A stretch of 62,060 bases of DNA. It comes from Rhabdothermincola salaria. Lineage in GTDB: Bacteria; Actinomycetota; Acidimicrobiia; Acidimicrobiales; Acidimicrobilacustridaceae. This document shows, piece by piece, positions 1-9,474 of the stretch. A model generated the notes under the pieces. That model was not told the origin of the DNA. It worked only from the letters and a program-made list of their open reading frames with translations, and searched no databases. The stretch lies in assembly GCF_021246445.1 (NCBI RefSeq), contig NZ_JAJQXW010000002.1, positions 806,001-868,060 of the forward strand. Direction: 5' to 3'. Positions within the stretch are counted from its first letter, which is position 1, and each line of letters starts with the position of its first letter. The translations under genes and the position numbers were made by a program.

Positions 1-202
1 CGTCGGCCACGATGCCCAGGTGCTCGGAGCCGTCGGCGGCCAGCGCGTCGGTGGCCAGCCGCAGCTTGTCGGCGTCGACGTCGACGGCCACGACGGTGGC
101 CCCGGCTCGACCGACGTGACGGGCGATGGCGGTGCCGATGCCCCCGCCGCCGGCGCCGACCACGACCACGACCTTGCCCGAGATCCCCCAGATGTCGTCC
201 AT
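1..202 (-). CDS. SDR family oxidoreductase, N-terminal part (truncated by window edge)
   Basis: Minus strand from ATG 202 reads MDDIWGISGKVVVVVGAGGGGIGTAIARHVGRAGATVVAVD (Rossmann glycine-rich motif). TAGGTT -10 element 8 nt upstream. Confidence 0.8.
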   Translation of the reverse strand, partial: MDDIWGISGKVVVVVGAGGGGIGTAIARHVGRAGATVVAVDVDADKLRLATDALAADGSEHLGIVAD

Positions 203-286
203 GGGCGCCGAACCTACCGTGGGTCGGGCTCGGGGGCGGCCGGCGGGGGACGATCGGCCCGGCGGTCGAGGCCGGTCAGCTCGTGG

Positions 287-1117
287 CTACAGGGAGTCGC
301 GGACGTCGGCGGTGGTGTCGTCGGGGCGGTGCCATCCGCCCGCGGCCCAGTTGCCCCCGTCGACGTGGATGGTGGTCCCCGTGATCAACCTCGACAGCGG
401 GCTGGCGAGGAACAGCGCGGCGGCCGCCGAGTCCTCGGGGGTGCCGAAGAACCCCAGCGGTGGCACGTAGGCGGGGAGGAACTCGGGCTCGCTGGCGAGC
501 ATGGCGTCGCGCGCCCCTTTCTCGCCGCCGCTCGGCTGGGCGTCGGACGCGATGTTGTTGACGCGGATCCGACGACTCCCGAACTCGAGGGCCAGGGACT
601 TCGAGAGGCTCGACACGGCCGTCTTCATGGCGGCGTACACGGCGAAGCCGGGCCCGGCCTGGTGGGCCTCGATCGAGGTGAGGTTGATGATCGAGCCGCC
701 GTCGGTCATGTGGGGCACGACGGCGCGGATGAAGTGGGTGACCTGCCCGAAGTTCTCGGCCACGAGGGACGCCTCACCCTTGGCCGACACGTCGAGGAAG
801 GAGCTCACGAAGGTGCCCCCGGCGTTGTTGACCAGCACGTCGACGTGGCCGAAGCGCTCGACGGTGGCGGCCACGTGGGCGTCGACCGCCTCGCTGTCGC
901 GCACGTCGAGCACGTCGGCGTGCACGTCGGCCCCCAGCTCCCGGAGCCCGGCGACGGTGTCGGCCAGTCCGTCGGCGTCGCGGTCGCACACCGACAGCGA
1001 TGCCCCGCACCGGGCGAAGAGGCGGGCGGTCGCCTCACCGATGCCCTGGGCCGCGCCGGTGACGACGGCGACCTTGTCGGTGAGCAGGATCGAGTTCGCG
1101 TCGAAGAGGTCCCCCAT
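287..1117 (-). CDS. SDR family NAD(P)-dependent oxidoreductase
   Basis: TGAAQGIG, NNAG and catalytic YAAMK motifs. Start taken at ATG 1117 (MGDLFDANS). Confidence 0.92.
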   Translation of the reverse strand: MGDLFDANSILLTDKVAVVTGAAQGIGEATARLFARCGASLSVCDRDADGLADTVAGLRELGADVHADVLDVRDSEAVDAHVAATVERFGHVDVLVNNAGGTFVSSFLDVSAKGEASLVAENFGQVTHFIRAVVPHMTDGGSIINLTSIEAHQAGPGFAVYAAMKTAVSSLSKSLALEFGSRRIRVNNIASDAQPSGGEKGARDAMLASEPEFLPAYVPPLGFFGTPEDSAAAALFLASPLSRLITGTTIHVDGGNWAAGGWHRPDDTTADVRDSL

Positions 1118-1123
1118 GGCGGT

Positions 1124-1130
1124 CAGACTA
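1124..1130. promoter_or_regulatory. Overlapping bidirectional -10 elements for two divergent leaderless genes
   Basis: Only 18 bp separate the divergent ATGs. CAGACT lies 6 nt before ATG 1136 (+); TAGTCT lies 7 nt before ATG 1117 (-). Confidence 0.6.
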
Positions 1131-1135
1131 CGCAC

Positions 1136-2047
1136 ATGCGCCTGTGCATCTGGCCCCTCGCCCAGCAGCCCTGGTCGTCGGTCCTCGAGACCGCCGCCCA
1201 CGCCGACGTCACCGGCTGGGACGGCGTCTACGTCGCCGACCACTTCATGGGCGACGGGGTGCAGTTCGGCGCCGAGGACGGCCCCACCTGGGAGGCCACC
1301 GCCACCGTGGCCGCGCTGGCCGCCGTCACCGAGCGGGTACGGGTCGGCACGCTCGTGCTGTCGGCCACCTACCGCCACCCCGCGGTCGTCGCCAAGTGGG
1401 CCGGCACGGTCGACCACCTCAGCTCGGGCCGCCTCACGCTGGGTCTCGGAGCCGGCTGGCAGCGCAACGAGCACGAGCAGTACGGCATCGAGCTCCCGTC
1501 GCCGGGAGACCGGGTGCGCCTGCTCGACGAGACCTGCGCCGCCATCACGGGTCTGCTCCGCGACGAGCGCACGTCCGTGACCGGCCGCTTCGTGACCCTC
1601 ACCGACGCGGTGGCCGAGCCCAAGCCCGTCCAACCCCGCCTGCCTCTGCTCGTCGGCGCCAAGGGCGACCGCATGCTGGGAGTGGTGGCGCGCCACGCCG
1701 ACGTGTGGAACACGTGGGCCCTGCCCGACGCCCTGCGGGCCCGGTCGACGGTCCTCGACGAGCGGTGCGAGGCCCTCGGCCGTGACCCGGCCGGGGTGCA
1801 ACGCAGCGTTCAGGCGCTGGTGAAGCTCACCGACGACCGGTCCGAGGCTCGGGCCTTCGTGGAGCGGTCCGCCCCCCGGGCCGCGTTCGCCGGTCCGGCG
1901 ACGGCCTTCGCCGACCTGGTGGGGGACTGGGGTGCCGCCGGCGTCGCCGAGGTCGTCGTCCCCGACCTCCACCTCGGAGCGGGTCCGGCCCGCCGCCAGG
2001 CCATGGACGAGCTGCTGACCGCGGTGCGGGCCGCGACGGACGGCTGA
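1136..2047 (+). CDS. LLM class flavin/F420-dependent oxidoreductase
   Basis: MRLCIWP...DHFM...RHPAVVAK...DHLSSGRLTLGLGAGW...EPKPVQ, typical luciferase-like monooxygenase motifs. Confidence 0.9.
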   Translation: MRLCIWPLAQQPWSSVLETAAHADVTGWDGVYVADHFMGDGVQFGAEDGPTWEATATVAALAAVTERVRVGTLVLSATYRHPAVVAKWAGTVDHLSSGRLTLGLGAGWQRNEHEQYGIELPSPGDRVRLLDETCAAITGLLRDERTSVTGRFVTLTDAVAEPKPVQPRLPLLVGAKGDRMLGVVARHADVWNTWALPDALRARSTVLDERCEALGRDPAGVQRSVQALVKLTDDRSEARAFVERSAPRAAFAGPATAFADLVGDWGAAGVAEVVVPDLHLGAGPARRQAMDELLTAVRAATDG

Positions 2048-2064
2048 TCAGCCGCCGAGTCCGA

Positions 2065-3249
2065 TCAGGGGCCGGGGGCACCGACCGCCTCGGGGGTCTC
2101 CGTCCTCGAGCGCGGTGGGCGACGCCAGGAACGTCGGGTCGTCCACGTGAGCCAGCCGACCGCACCGAGCGGGATCTCGGCGAGGTAGGTGAAGCCCCGG
2201 AAGCAGAAGACCGCCGCGGTGGAGCCGGCGGCCCCGCCACCGAAGCCGATGAGGGCGGCGACCGCGCCGGCCTCCACGAACCCCACCCCGCTGGGGGTGA
2301 GCGGGATGGTCTCGAGCAGGCGGGCGAAGGCGAAGGCGGCGAACACCTGGGCCCAGCCGAGCTCGGCGTTGTCGACGCCGATGGCCCGCACGCAGCCGAG
2401 CAGCAGCAGGTACTGGGTGAGGTTGTAGGCCAGCATCCAGAGGGTCAGCGGCAGCCAACGGGTCCGCAACAGACCGATGCTGCGGTGGCGGAACTCGACG
2501 ACGGCCACGGCCACGTCGGGCGCGGACGAGCGGCGCAGCCGTCGAGCCACCGGGGTGGCCAGCCGCTGGCCCAGCTCACCGATGCGCACCGCCAGAGGTT
2601 CGCTGCGCAGGATCAGCACGAGCACGGTGACCGCGGCGACGAGGACGGCGAGGCCGAGCACCGTGGGTACGAGGAGGCTGCGGGTGTGGCCGCTCGAGAG
2701 CCCCATCCCGACCAGCAGGGCGAGGGCCACCAGGGGCAGGCCGAGCTTGGCGAAGACGTTCCAGATGCCCGACACCAGGATCGACAGGGTGATCGACGTC
2801 ATGCGGAAGCCCCACGAGAGGCAGATGGCGTAGGTGGCGCCCACCCCGACGGCACCACCGAAGGGCACCACGTTGGAGACGGCGCTGCCGGCGAAGTTGA
2901 CCGTGAGGGCCTGAGGGTGGGTGAGGCCGGGCAGAGACGTCGTGAGCACGCCGGTGTAGAGCAACATGGAGGTGATCCACACCGCGGTGAGGCCCGCCAC
3001 CTGCAGCCAGGTGAGCCGGTCGAGCTCGCGCCAGATCTCGGAGTAGTGGGCGTCGCTCACCGCCGGGATCACGAAGGTGAAGAACACGGCCACGACGGTG
3101 AGCGAGACCAGGGCCTCGACCACCCGGCGGCGGGTCGACTTGCGGTGCAGCTCGTGCTCGACGACGGCGATGGCGTCGGTGCGGTCGATGTCGATCGCCT
3201 GGCCGATGTCGGGGTCCTCGTCGTCCCCGGAGTGGGGGGAGGGGCTCAC
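2065..3249 (-). CDS. Lysylphosphatidylglycerol-synthase-type TM / flippase-like membrane protein
   Basis: Multiple TM segments; NVVPFGGAVG and IPLTPSGVGFVEAG...FRGFTY motifs. GTG 3249 overlaps the upstream stop (GTGA). Confidence 0.8.
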   Translation of the reverse strand: MSPSPHSGDDEDPDIGQAIDIDRTDAIAVVEHELHRKSTRRRVVEALVSLTVVAVFFTFVIPAVSDAHYSEIWRELDRLTWLQVAGLTAVWITSMLLYTGVLTTSLPGLTHPQALTVNFAGSAVSNVVPFGGAVGVGATYAICLSWGFRMTSITLSILVSGIWNVFAKLGLPLVALALLVGMGLSSGHTRSLLVPTVLGLAVLVAAVTVLVLILRSEPLAVRIGELGQRLATPVARRLRRSSAPDVAVAVVEFRHRSIGLLRTRWLPLTLWMLAYNLTQYLLLLGCVRAIGVDNAELGWAQVFAAFAFARLLETIPLTPSGVGFVEAGAVAALIGFGGGAAGSTAAVFCFRGFTYLAEIPLGAVGWLTWTTRRSWRRPPRSRTETPEAVGAPGP

Positions 3250-4079
3250 GACGGGCCCGGCTCCGAGGGGTCGGGGAACAGCCACGGGGCTCGTGGCTCG
3301 GTGGGACGGCCCCGGGCCACGAACCACTCGGTGCCGAAGGCCAGGGCGAAGATCTCGTCGGGCAGACCGAGGAAGACGGCCAGGGTGCGCACGGTGTCCG
3401 GCGCCCCGGTGGTCTGGCTGGCGTGGGCCTCCATCGACGCCCGCTTGGCGGGCAGGTCGGCGGCGACGTCGACGGCATGGGTGATCTCCGCCGCCGGCGT
3501 GTACCACGACGAGACGTCCGGAGGGACGAAGCCGGACGGGACCTCGACGCCCATCTGCTCGGCAAGGGCGATGCCCCCCGAGAGGAACTCGCGGTCGATC
3601 GTCGCCTCGAAGAAGGCCACGCCCGTCCGGGCGGCCGCCCGGACGGCCACCTCGTGCACCCGGCGATGGTCGGGGTGCCCGTAGCCACCGTTGCGGTCGT
3701 CGGCGACGAGGAGGTCGGCCCCCTCGGTCTCGAGCACCTCCGCCAGTCGGGCGGCGACCTCGTCGACGTGCGCCGCGCAGAGCGAGCCCTCCGGCCAGCG
3801 GCCCTCGGTGTCGGAGGCCAGGCCCGAGTCGGCGTAGCCGAGGAACACCAGGTCGGCCCCGAGGGCGGCGGCGGACCGGCCCGCCTCGGCGCTGCGGAGG
3901 GCGGCCAGGTCCTCGTCCCCGCCGAGCACTCCTTCGGCGACGGTGCCGACCTCACCCCGGGTGGCCAGCACCAGCACCACCCGGTGGCCCTCGCGCACCG
4001 CTCGGGCCAGGGTGCCGGCGGTGAGCAACGCCTCGTCGTCCGGGTGGGCGTGGAAGGCCACGAGCGTGCGAGCGGTCAC
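3246..4079 (-). CDS. PIG-L family deacetylase (MshB/Mca-like fold)
   Basis: AHPDDE, LGYADSG, GGYGHPDH and AHASQ motifs. GTG 4079 preceded by CACAAT at 7 nt (ATG 4088 is an alternative start). Confidence 0.9.
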   Translation of the reverse strand: MTARTLVAFHAHPDDEALLTAGTLARAVREGHRVVLVLATRGEVGTVAEGVLGGDEDLAALRSAEAGRSAAALGADLVFLGYADSGLASDTEGRWPEGSLCAAHVDEVAARLAEVLETEGADLLVADDRNGGYGHPDHRRVHEVAVRAAARTGVAFFEATIDREFLSGGIALAEQMGVEVPSGFVPPDVSSWYTPAAEITHAVDVAADLPAKRASMEAHASQTTGAPDTVRTLAVFLGLPDEIFALAFGTEWFVARGRPTEPRAPWLFPDPSEPGPS

Positions 4080-4186
4080 CGCCCCCATTGTGGCAGGGCG
4101 GGGGGAGGGCGCCGAGGAGCCGACCGGCGCCGCGCCCGGGTGCGCCCGGGCGAGACGGGGGCGGGTGCGCACTACGGTGAGCGCCC

Positions 4187-5380
4187 GTGTCGGCCCGGTC
4201 CCAGAGCAGCCCTGCCCCCGACGGCAGCGGCGGCCCGCTGAAGGTCGGGATCGTCTCGGACTGCTACGTGCCCCGCCTCGGTGGCATCGAGATGCAGGCT
4301 CACGACCTGGCTCGCAACCTCCGCGCCCAGGGCCACGACGTGGTCGCGGTGACGCCGACCGCCGGCCCCGACGAGGTCGACGGTGTGCGGGTGCGGCGCA
4401 TGGACGTCCCGCTGCTGCCCTTCGACGTCCCCTTCACCCCCCGCACCTTCCGGCTGGTCACCGACCTGCTCCTCGAGGAGGAGGTCGACGTCGCCCACTT
4501 CCACGGCGGCATCGCCTCGCCGATGGTGTACCTGGCCCTGCGACGGGCGCAGGCGCTCGGGATCCCGAGCGTGGTGACGCTGCACTGCATGTGGAGCTAC
4601 GCCACCCCGCTCTTCGCCGGTCTCGATCGGGCCGTGGGCTGGTCGCGCTGGCCGATCGTGCTGTCCGCGGTCAGCGACGTGGCCGCCCAGCCGCTGCGCC
4701 GCATCGCCGGTCCGGGCCACCCCGTCATCGTGCTCCCCAACGGCATCGACGAGGCGGCCTGGCGCGTTCCGTCCGCTCCTCCTCGGCCCGGGGTGGTGAC
4801 GCTGGTGTCGGTCATGCGCCTGGCTCCGCGCAAGCGCCCGCTCCAGCTCCTCAAGATCATCCGTCAGGTGAACGAGTCGCTCCCGGTCGACCTCAGCTTG
4901 CGCCTCGTCGTCATCGGCGATGGCCCCGAGCTCGGCCAGCTCGAGAAGTACGTGCGCACCAACGGCCTGACCGGCGTCGTCGAGCTGGTGGGACGCCGCA
5001 CCCGCGACGAGATCAAGGGCTTCTACGCCGCGGCCGATGCCTTCGTCGCTCCGGCCAACCTCGAGTCCTTCGGCATCGCCGCGCTCGAGGCCCGCTGTGC
5101 CGGCCTCCCGGTCGTGGCCAAGGCGCGAACCGGCATCCGGGAGTTCGTCGAGCACGGCCGCGAGGGCCTCCTGGCCGTCAGTGACCGCGACATGGTCGAT
5201 CAGCTGCGGCGCATCGTCGTCGACGCCGATCTGCGCCGCCGGATCGCCGAGCACAACCGTAGGGAGCCGTCACCCGTCGACTGGTCGGTCGTGGTGGGCC
5301 GCAATGTCGAGGCGTATCGCCTCGCTATGGCCCGACAGGTTCGGGAGCCGGCACCGCTGGCCGGCGACCGGCGCGGGTGA
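4187..5380 (+). CDS. Glycosyltransferase family 4 (PIG-A-like N-terminus)
   Basis: IVSDCYVPRLGGIE, PNGID and ESFGIAALEA (EX7E). TACGGT -10 element 8 nt upstream. Confidence 0.9.
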   Translation: MSARSQSSPAPDGSGGPLKVGIVSDCYVPRLGGIEMQAHDLARNLRAQGHDVVAVTPTAGPDEVDGVRVRRMDVPLLPFDVPFTPRTFRLVTDLLLEEEVDVAHFHGGIASPMVYLALRRAQALGIPSVVTLHCMWSYATPLFAGLDRAVGWSRWPIVLSAVSDVAAQPLRRIAGPGHPVIVLPNGIDEAAWRVPSAPPRPGVVTLVSVMRLAPRKRPLQLLKIIRQVNESLPVDLSLRLVVIGDGPELGQLEKYVRTNGLTGVVELVGRRTRDEIKGFYAAADAFVAPANLESFGIAALEARCAGLPVVAKARTGIREFVEHGREGLLAVSDRDMVDQLRRIVVDADLRRRIAEHNRREPSPVDWSVVVGRNVEAYRLAMARQVREPAPLAGDRRG

Positions 5381-6149
5381 CGCCCCGGGCGATCGCGTAG
5401 GCCACGGCGAACACCACCAGCCCGCCCGCCGCGTCGAGCAGGTAGTGGTTGGCGGTGATGACCACCACGTAGATGGTGGCCGCCGGGTAGGCGACGGCGA
5501 GGGCCTTGCCCCACCAGGTGCGGACGCGGGGCCAGAAGACCCACATGGCCCAGAACGCCCAGCCGCAGTGCAGCGACGGCATGGCCGCGTACTGGTTCGA
5601 GACCGCCTGCAGGGCGGCGGAGTCGAAGGACCAGAAGGTGGGGTACGAGATGAGGGTGTCGACGAACCCGAAGGGTTGGCCCCCGGCGAACTCGTCGAGG
5701 AGGCGAGGCGGCATGAGGGGGAAGGTGGCGAAGCCGACCAGGCCGAGCAGGGTGCCGATGGCCAGGGTGTTGCGCCAGAGCGGGTAGTCGTCGGGGTACA
5801 TCCGGTACAGGAACACGAGCCCCAGCACCGTGACCACGATGTAGGCCGAACCGTAGAAGTAGTTGGCGGCCACGATCATCGGTGTGTACTGCAACGCCCA
5901 CTCCTGGGCGGGCAGCTCGTGCCAGAGGTTGACCGCCCGTTGCCAGTCGATGACGCGCCGGGCGTTGTCGAACGCCCGCTCGGGTGTCGACGTCGAGAGG
6001 TTCCGGGCCGTCTCGTAGACGAGGTAGAGCACCCCGACCAGGAGCAGCTCGCGCCACCAGGCGAGGCTGGAGCCGTCGCTCAGGCGCCGCGCCGCACGGC
6101 CGCGCGGATCGGAGGGGACCGACCGGGCGGGCGCGGCCAGGTCGGTCAT
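5325..6149 (-). CDS. PAP2-superfamily membrane protein (AUR1/inositol phosphorylceramide synthase-like)
   Basis: FPLMPPRL, NQYAAMPSLHCGW and TANHYLLD motifs; several TM helices. Confidence 0.85.
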   Translation of the reverse strand: MTDLAAPARSVPSDPRGRAARRLSDGSSLAWWRELLLVGVLYLVYETARNLSTSTPERAFDNARRVIDWQRAVNLWHELPAQEWALQYTPMIVAANYFYGSAYIVVTVLGLVFLYRMYPDDYPLWRNTLAIGTLLGLVGFATFPLMPPRLLDEFAGGQPFGFVDTLISYPTFWSFDSAALQAVSNQYAAMPSLHCGWAFWAMWVFWPRVRTWWGKALAVAYPAATIYVVVITANHYLLDAAGGLVVFAVAYAIARGVTRAGRRPAVPAPEPVGP

Positions 6150-6152
6150 CGA

Positions 6153-7466
6153 TCAGCCCTCGACGACCTTGAGCAGCTCGCCGGTGCCGGCCAGCACGTA
6201 GAGCTCACCGTCGTCGTCCTGGCCGAAGCTGACCAGCGCTCGGCCGGGCACCTGGGCGCCGAGGGAACGCTCGTCGAGCACGACGCCGTTGCGGGCCAGG
6301 AGGCCACGGACGTCACCGCCGCAGTAGTCGCCGAAGACGTAGACGCCGTCGAGTGACTCGATCGCCTCCCCCCGATAGACGTAGCCGCCGGTCACCGAGC
6401 AATTGTCACCCGAATGGTCGTAGGTGAACAAGGGGTCGACGAGACCGTCAGGGGCATCGCCGTCGCGGTAGGGCCGGTCGCCTTCGAACCAGTCCCACCC
6501 GAGGTTGGCGCCGAGACCGGCGCCGTCGGCAGCCGGCAACCAGTTGATCTCCTCGATCTCGTTCTGGCCGACGTCGGCCACCCAGAGGTCGCCGGTGGCG
6601 GTGTCGAAGCTGAAGCGCCAGGGGTTGCGGGCCCCGTAGAGGTAGACCTCGGGGGCCCCGCCCTCGCCGTCGGCGAAGGGGTTGGCCTCGGGAACGGCGT
6701 AGGGACGGTCGGGGCCTGGTGCCTCCGGGTCGATCCGGGAGATGGCTCCGAGCAGGGTGCCGGGGTCCTGGCCGTTGGCCAGCGGGTCGCCGGCGCCGCC
6801 CCCGTCGCCGACCCCGACGTACAAGAAGCCGTCGGGTCCGGTGGCGAGCTGGCCGCCGTTGTGGTTCGGGAACTCGGAGTGGGGGATGGTGAGCAGGACC
6901 CGTCGCGACTCCGCGTCGACCCGGGGATCGCCGTCGGGGGACTCCTCGATGCGGTACTCGGCCACCACCACATCGCCGTCCGGGCTGGTGTGGTGGAGGT
7001 AGAGCCGCTGGGCGTCGGAGCTGAAGGCGATGCCCAGCAGCCCCTGCTCACCGCCCGCCTCGGTGAGGTCGCCGAGGTCGAGCACGGGCTCGGGGTCGAG
7101 CTCGTAGCGGGTCGGCCCGGGCTGCCCGCTCAGCGGATCGGTGCCGGCGGTGCTGTCGACCCGGCGCACGGCCCCGCCCTGCTCGGTGATCCACAGGTCG
7201 CTGTGGCCCGGACGGGGCGCCATGGCCGTCGGTTGGTCGAGGCCGTCGACGACGGGGGCCAACGTGATGGTGGTGGTGATCTCGGTCGGACCCGGGCCGG
7301 GGTCGGGAGCGGTGGTGTCGGACCCTTCGGACGAGGTGGTGACGGCCGTGGTCGTCGACGCCCCCTCGCCATCGTCGGCTCCGGAGCAGGCGGCGGCGAG
7401 CAGGGCGACGACGGCGACGAGGCCGCGCGCACGGGCGGATGGCGAGGTACGGGACGGGGGACGCAT
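6153..7466 (-). CDS. PQQ-dependent sugar dehydrogenase (GSDH family), lipoprotein
   Basis: EQGLLGIAF, NHNGG, GDGG, YGARNPWRFSFD and DVGQNEIEE motifs. Lipobox LAAAC. TACCCT -10 element 8 nt upstream. Confidence 0.88.
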   Translation of the reverse strand: MRPPSRTSPSARARGLVAVVALLAAACSGADDGEGASTTTAVTTSSEGSDTTAPDPGPGPTEITTTITLAPVVDGLDQPTAMAPRPGHSDLWITEQGGAVRRVDSTAGTDPLSGQPGPTRYELDPEPVLDLGDLTEAGGEQGLLGIAFSSDAQRLYLHHTSPDGDVVVAEYRIEESPDGDPRVDAESRRVLLTIPHSEFPNHNGGQLATGPDGFLYVGVGDGGGAGDPLANGQDPGTLLGAISRIDPEAPGPDRPYAVPEANPFADGEGGAPEVYLYGARNPWRFSFDTATGDLWVADVGQNEIEEINWLPAADGAGLGANLGWDWFEGDRPYRDGDAPDGLVDPLFTYDHSGDNCSVTGGYVYRGEAIESLDGVYVFGDYCGGDVRGLLARNGVVLDERSLGAQVPGRALVSFGQDDDGELYVLAGTGELLKVVEG

Positions 7467-7588
7467 CGGCGCCGAGGGTACCGTGCGGCCCGCCACGCAC
7501 CGTGGCCGCTCACCGAGCGTGGTCTGACAGTTCGGCCGGGGCACGGGTACGCTGCATCGTCCGCCGTCGCGCAGGAGTCGTGCCGTAC

Positions 7589-8080
7589 GTGAGAACCGAG
7601 CCCCACACGGCCGACGCCGTGAGCCAGCCACCCGCTGAGGCGAACAGCCTGCTGGCTTCGGTCTTTCTCAAGATCAAGACCAAAGGCCCGCGCTACGTGA
7701 TGGTGTCGGTCGTCAACGTCATCGTCGGCGCCGGCATGTTGTTCCTGCTCCAGAAGTGGATGCGGCCCACCTACGCCAACGTCACGTCGGTGGCCATCGG
7801 TGCGGTCCCCGCCTACTACATGAGCCGGGCGTGGGTCTGGCAGAAGCGGGGCAAGAGCCTGTGGAAGAAGGAGATCCTCCCGTTCTGGATCTTCACCTTC
7901 ACCGGCCTGATCATGTCCACCGGCTTCATCTCGGTCGCGCAGAACTACACGACCAACCGGGTGGCCATCCTCTTCGTCCAGTTGTCGGCGTTCGGCATCT
8001 TGTGGGTGCTGCGCTTCTTCCTCTTCGACAAGCTCTTCCACGTCGAGATCTACGAAGACGACACCCCCGACGAGGCGTGA
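7589..8080 (+). CDS. GtrA family membrane protein
   Basis: Four TM helices; RYVMVSVVN...AN...PAYYMSRAWVW pattern. Start codon uncertain. Confidence 0.75.
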   Translation: MRTEPHTADAVSQPPAEANSLLASVFLKIKTKGPRYVMVSVVNVIVGAGMLFLLQKWMRPTYANVTSVAIGAVPAYYMSRAWVWQKRGKSLWKKEILPFWIFTFTGLIMSTGFISVAQNYTTNRVAILFVQLSAFGILWVLRFFLFDKLFHVEIYEDDTPDEA

Positions 8081-8126
8081 GCGGGCTCTGGTCGGTGCCG
8101 TTCGAGCACGCCCGCACCCCGACGCG

Positions 8127-8753
8127 ATGACCATGGATCCCCGACTCCGTTCGGCGGCCGAGGCCGCCCGTGGGTTCATGCCCCCCGACGAGGGGCTGGC
8201 CCTGTACGAGGCCGCCCTCCTCGTGGCGCAGGGTGCGTCGCCGATGCTCGAGATCGGCAGCTACTGCGGCAAGTCCGCCGTCTACCTGGGGGCCGCCGCC
8301 CAGGCCCGCGACACCGTGCTGTTCGCCCTCGACCACCACCGGGGCTCCGAGGAGAACCAACCGGGGTGGGAGTGGCACGAGCCGGATCTGGTCGACCCCG
8401 AGGTCGGGCGCATCGACACGCTGCCCCGCTTCCGGCGCACGGTGCACGACGCCGGCCTGGAACCGAACGTGGTGGCGATCGTCGGCGACTCGCCCACGGT
8501 CGGCTCCCGGTGGCGGATCGAGCTGTCCCTGCTCTTCATCGACGGCGGCCACGGATCGGAGCCGGCGCACCGCGACTACGAGTTGTGGACGCCCTGGGTG
8601 GAATCCGGTGGTCTGTTGGCCATCCACGACGTCTTCCCCGACCCTGCCGACGGGGGTCGGCCGCCCTACGAGATCTACTGCCGGGCGCTCGAGTCGGGGC
8701 ACTTCGACGAGGTCTCGGCGACCGGTTCGCTCCGGCTGCTGCGTCGCGTCTGA
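8127..8753 (+). CDS. Class I SAM-dependent methyltransferase (Methyltransf_24-like)
   Basis: GFMPPDEG, LEIGSYCGKS, DHHRGSEE, LFIDGGH and HDVF motifs. Confidence 0.88.
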   Translation: MTMDPRLRSAAEAARGFMPPDEGLALYEAALLVAQGASPMLEIGSYCGKSAVYLGAAAQARDTVLFALDHHRGSEENQPGWEWHEPDLVDPEVGRIDTLPRFRRTVHDAGLEPNVVAIVGDSPTVGSRWRIELSLLFIDGGHGSEPAHRDYELWTPWVESGGLLAIHDVFPDPADGGRPPYEIYCRALESGHFDEVSATGSLRLLRRV

Positions 8754-8821
8754 GCGTCGGTGGAGTCCTCGCCCCACCCGAGGGGGCGCGGGTGTCCTTG
8801 ACGGGAGATCGGGCGCATGGT

Positions 8822-8837
8822 CTCTTAGGTGTAAGAG
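8822..8837. promoter_or_regulatory. Putative MarR operator palindrome
   Basis: CTCTTA-GGTG-TAAGAG, an AT-rich inverted repeat upstream of the MarR gene. TTGACG at 8798-8803. Confidence 0.65.
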
Positions 8838-8912
8838 TCTTGAGCCTGTGATGATGCCGGCGACGGGCATCGGGGGCGGTGCCGAGGGGCGATCCCGCAA
8901 GGAGGGGGCGAG

Positions 8913-9398
8913 GTGGAACGAGAGCTCGAGCGCTACCTCGCCGACCGTGGCCCGACGGGCCTGTTCACCCGCCTGGCCCGCGCCACCTTGCTCGTGGAGG
9001 GCTTCCAACACCGCTGCCTCGACCCGTTCGGGCTCCGCTTCATCGACTTCTCGGTGCTCCGGGTGCTCGACCTGGCGGGCGAACCGCACGAGCTGTCCGC
9101 GGGGGAGCTCGCCGATCTGACCCTTCGGTCCACGGGGGGCATCACCCAGATCGTCGACCGGCTGGCGGCCGCCGGCCTCGTGGTGCGCCGCCCCGATCCG
9201 AGCGACCGCCGCCGAGTGGTGGTCGGCCTCACCGACGCCGGTCTCGACCTCGTGCGCCGGGCCCAGCAGGCCTACGCCCGCGAGAGGGCGCGGGTGCTCG
9301 CCCCGCTCGACGACGCCGAGCTCGCCCGCCTCGACGACGCCGTCGGCCGCCTCATCGACGTCCTCGAGGGCGATGCCGCGGTGGAGGTGGCGTCGTGA
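8913..9398 (+). CDS. MarR family transcriptional regulator
   Basis: wHTH LSAGELA...GGITQIVDRL...RRPDPSDRR. AAGGAGG RBS upstream. Confidence 0.92.
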   Translation: MERELERYLADRGPTGLFTRLARATLLVEGFQHRCLDPFGLRFIDFSVLRVLDLAGEPHELSAGELADLTLRSTGGITQIVDRLAAAGLVVRRPDPSDRRRVVVGLTDAGLDLVRRAQQAYARERARVLAPLDDAELARLDDAVGRLIDVLEGDAAVEVAS

Positions 9399-9474
9399 AC
9401 GCCGGCCGCAACCAGACGCACGACCAGACGCAGGCGTGCAGCCCGCACGCCACGACACCCAAGGGGAACACCAG

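Noticed and set aside
9411..9432. Short ACCAGACGCA duplication between marR and the amidohydrolase
   Set aside because: Two 10-bp copies only; plausible slippage with no evident function.
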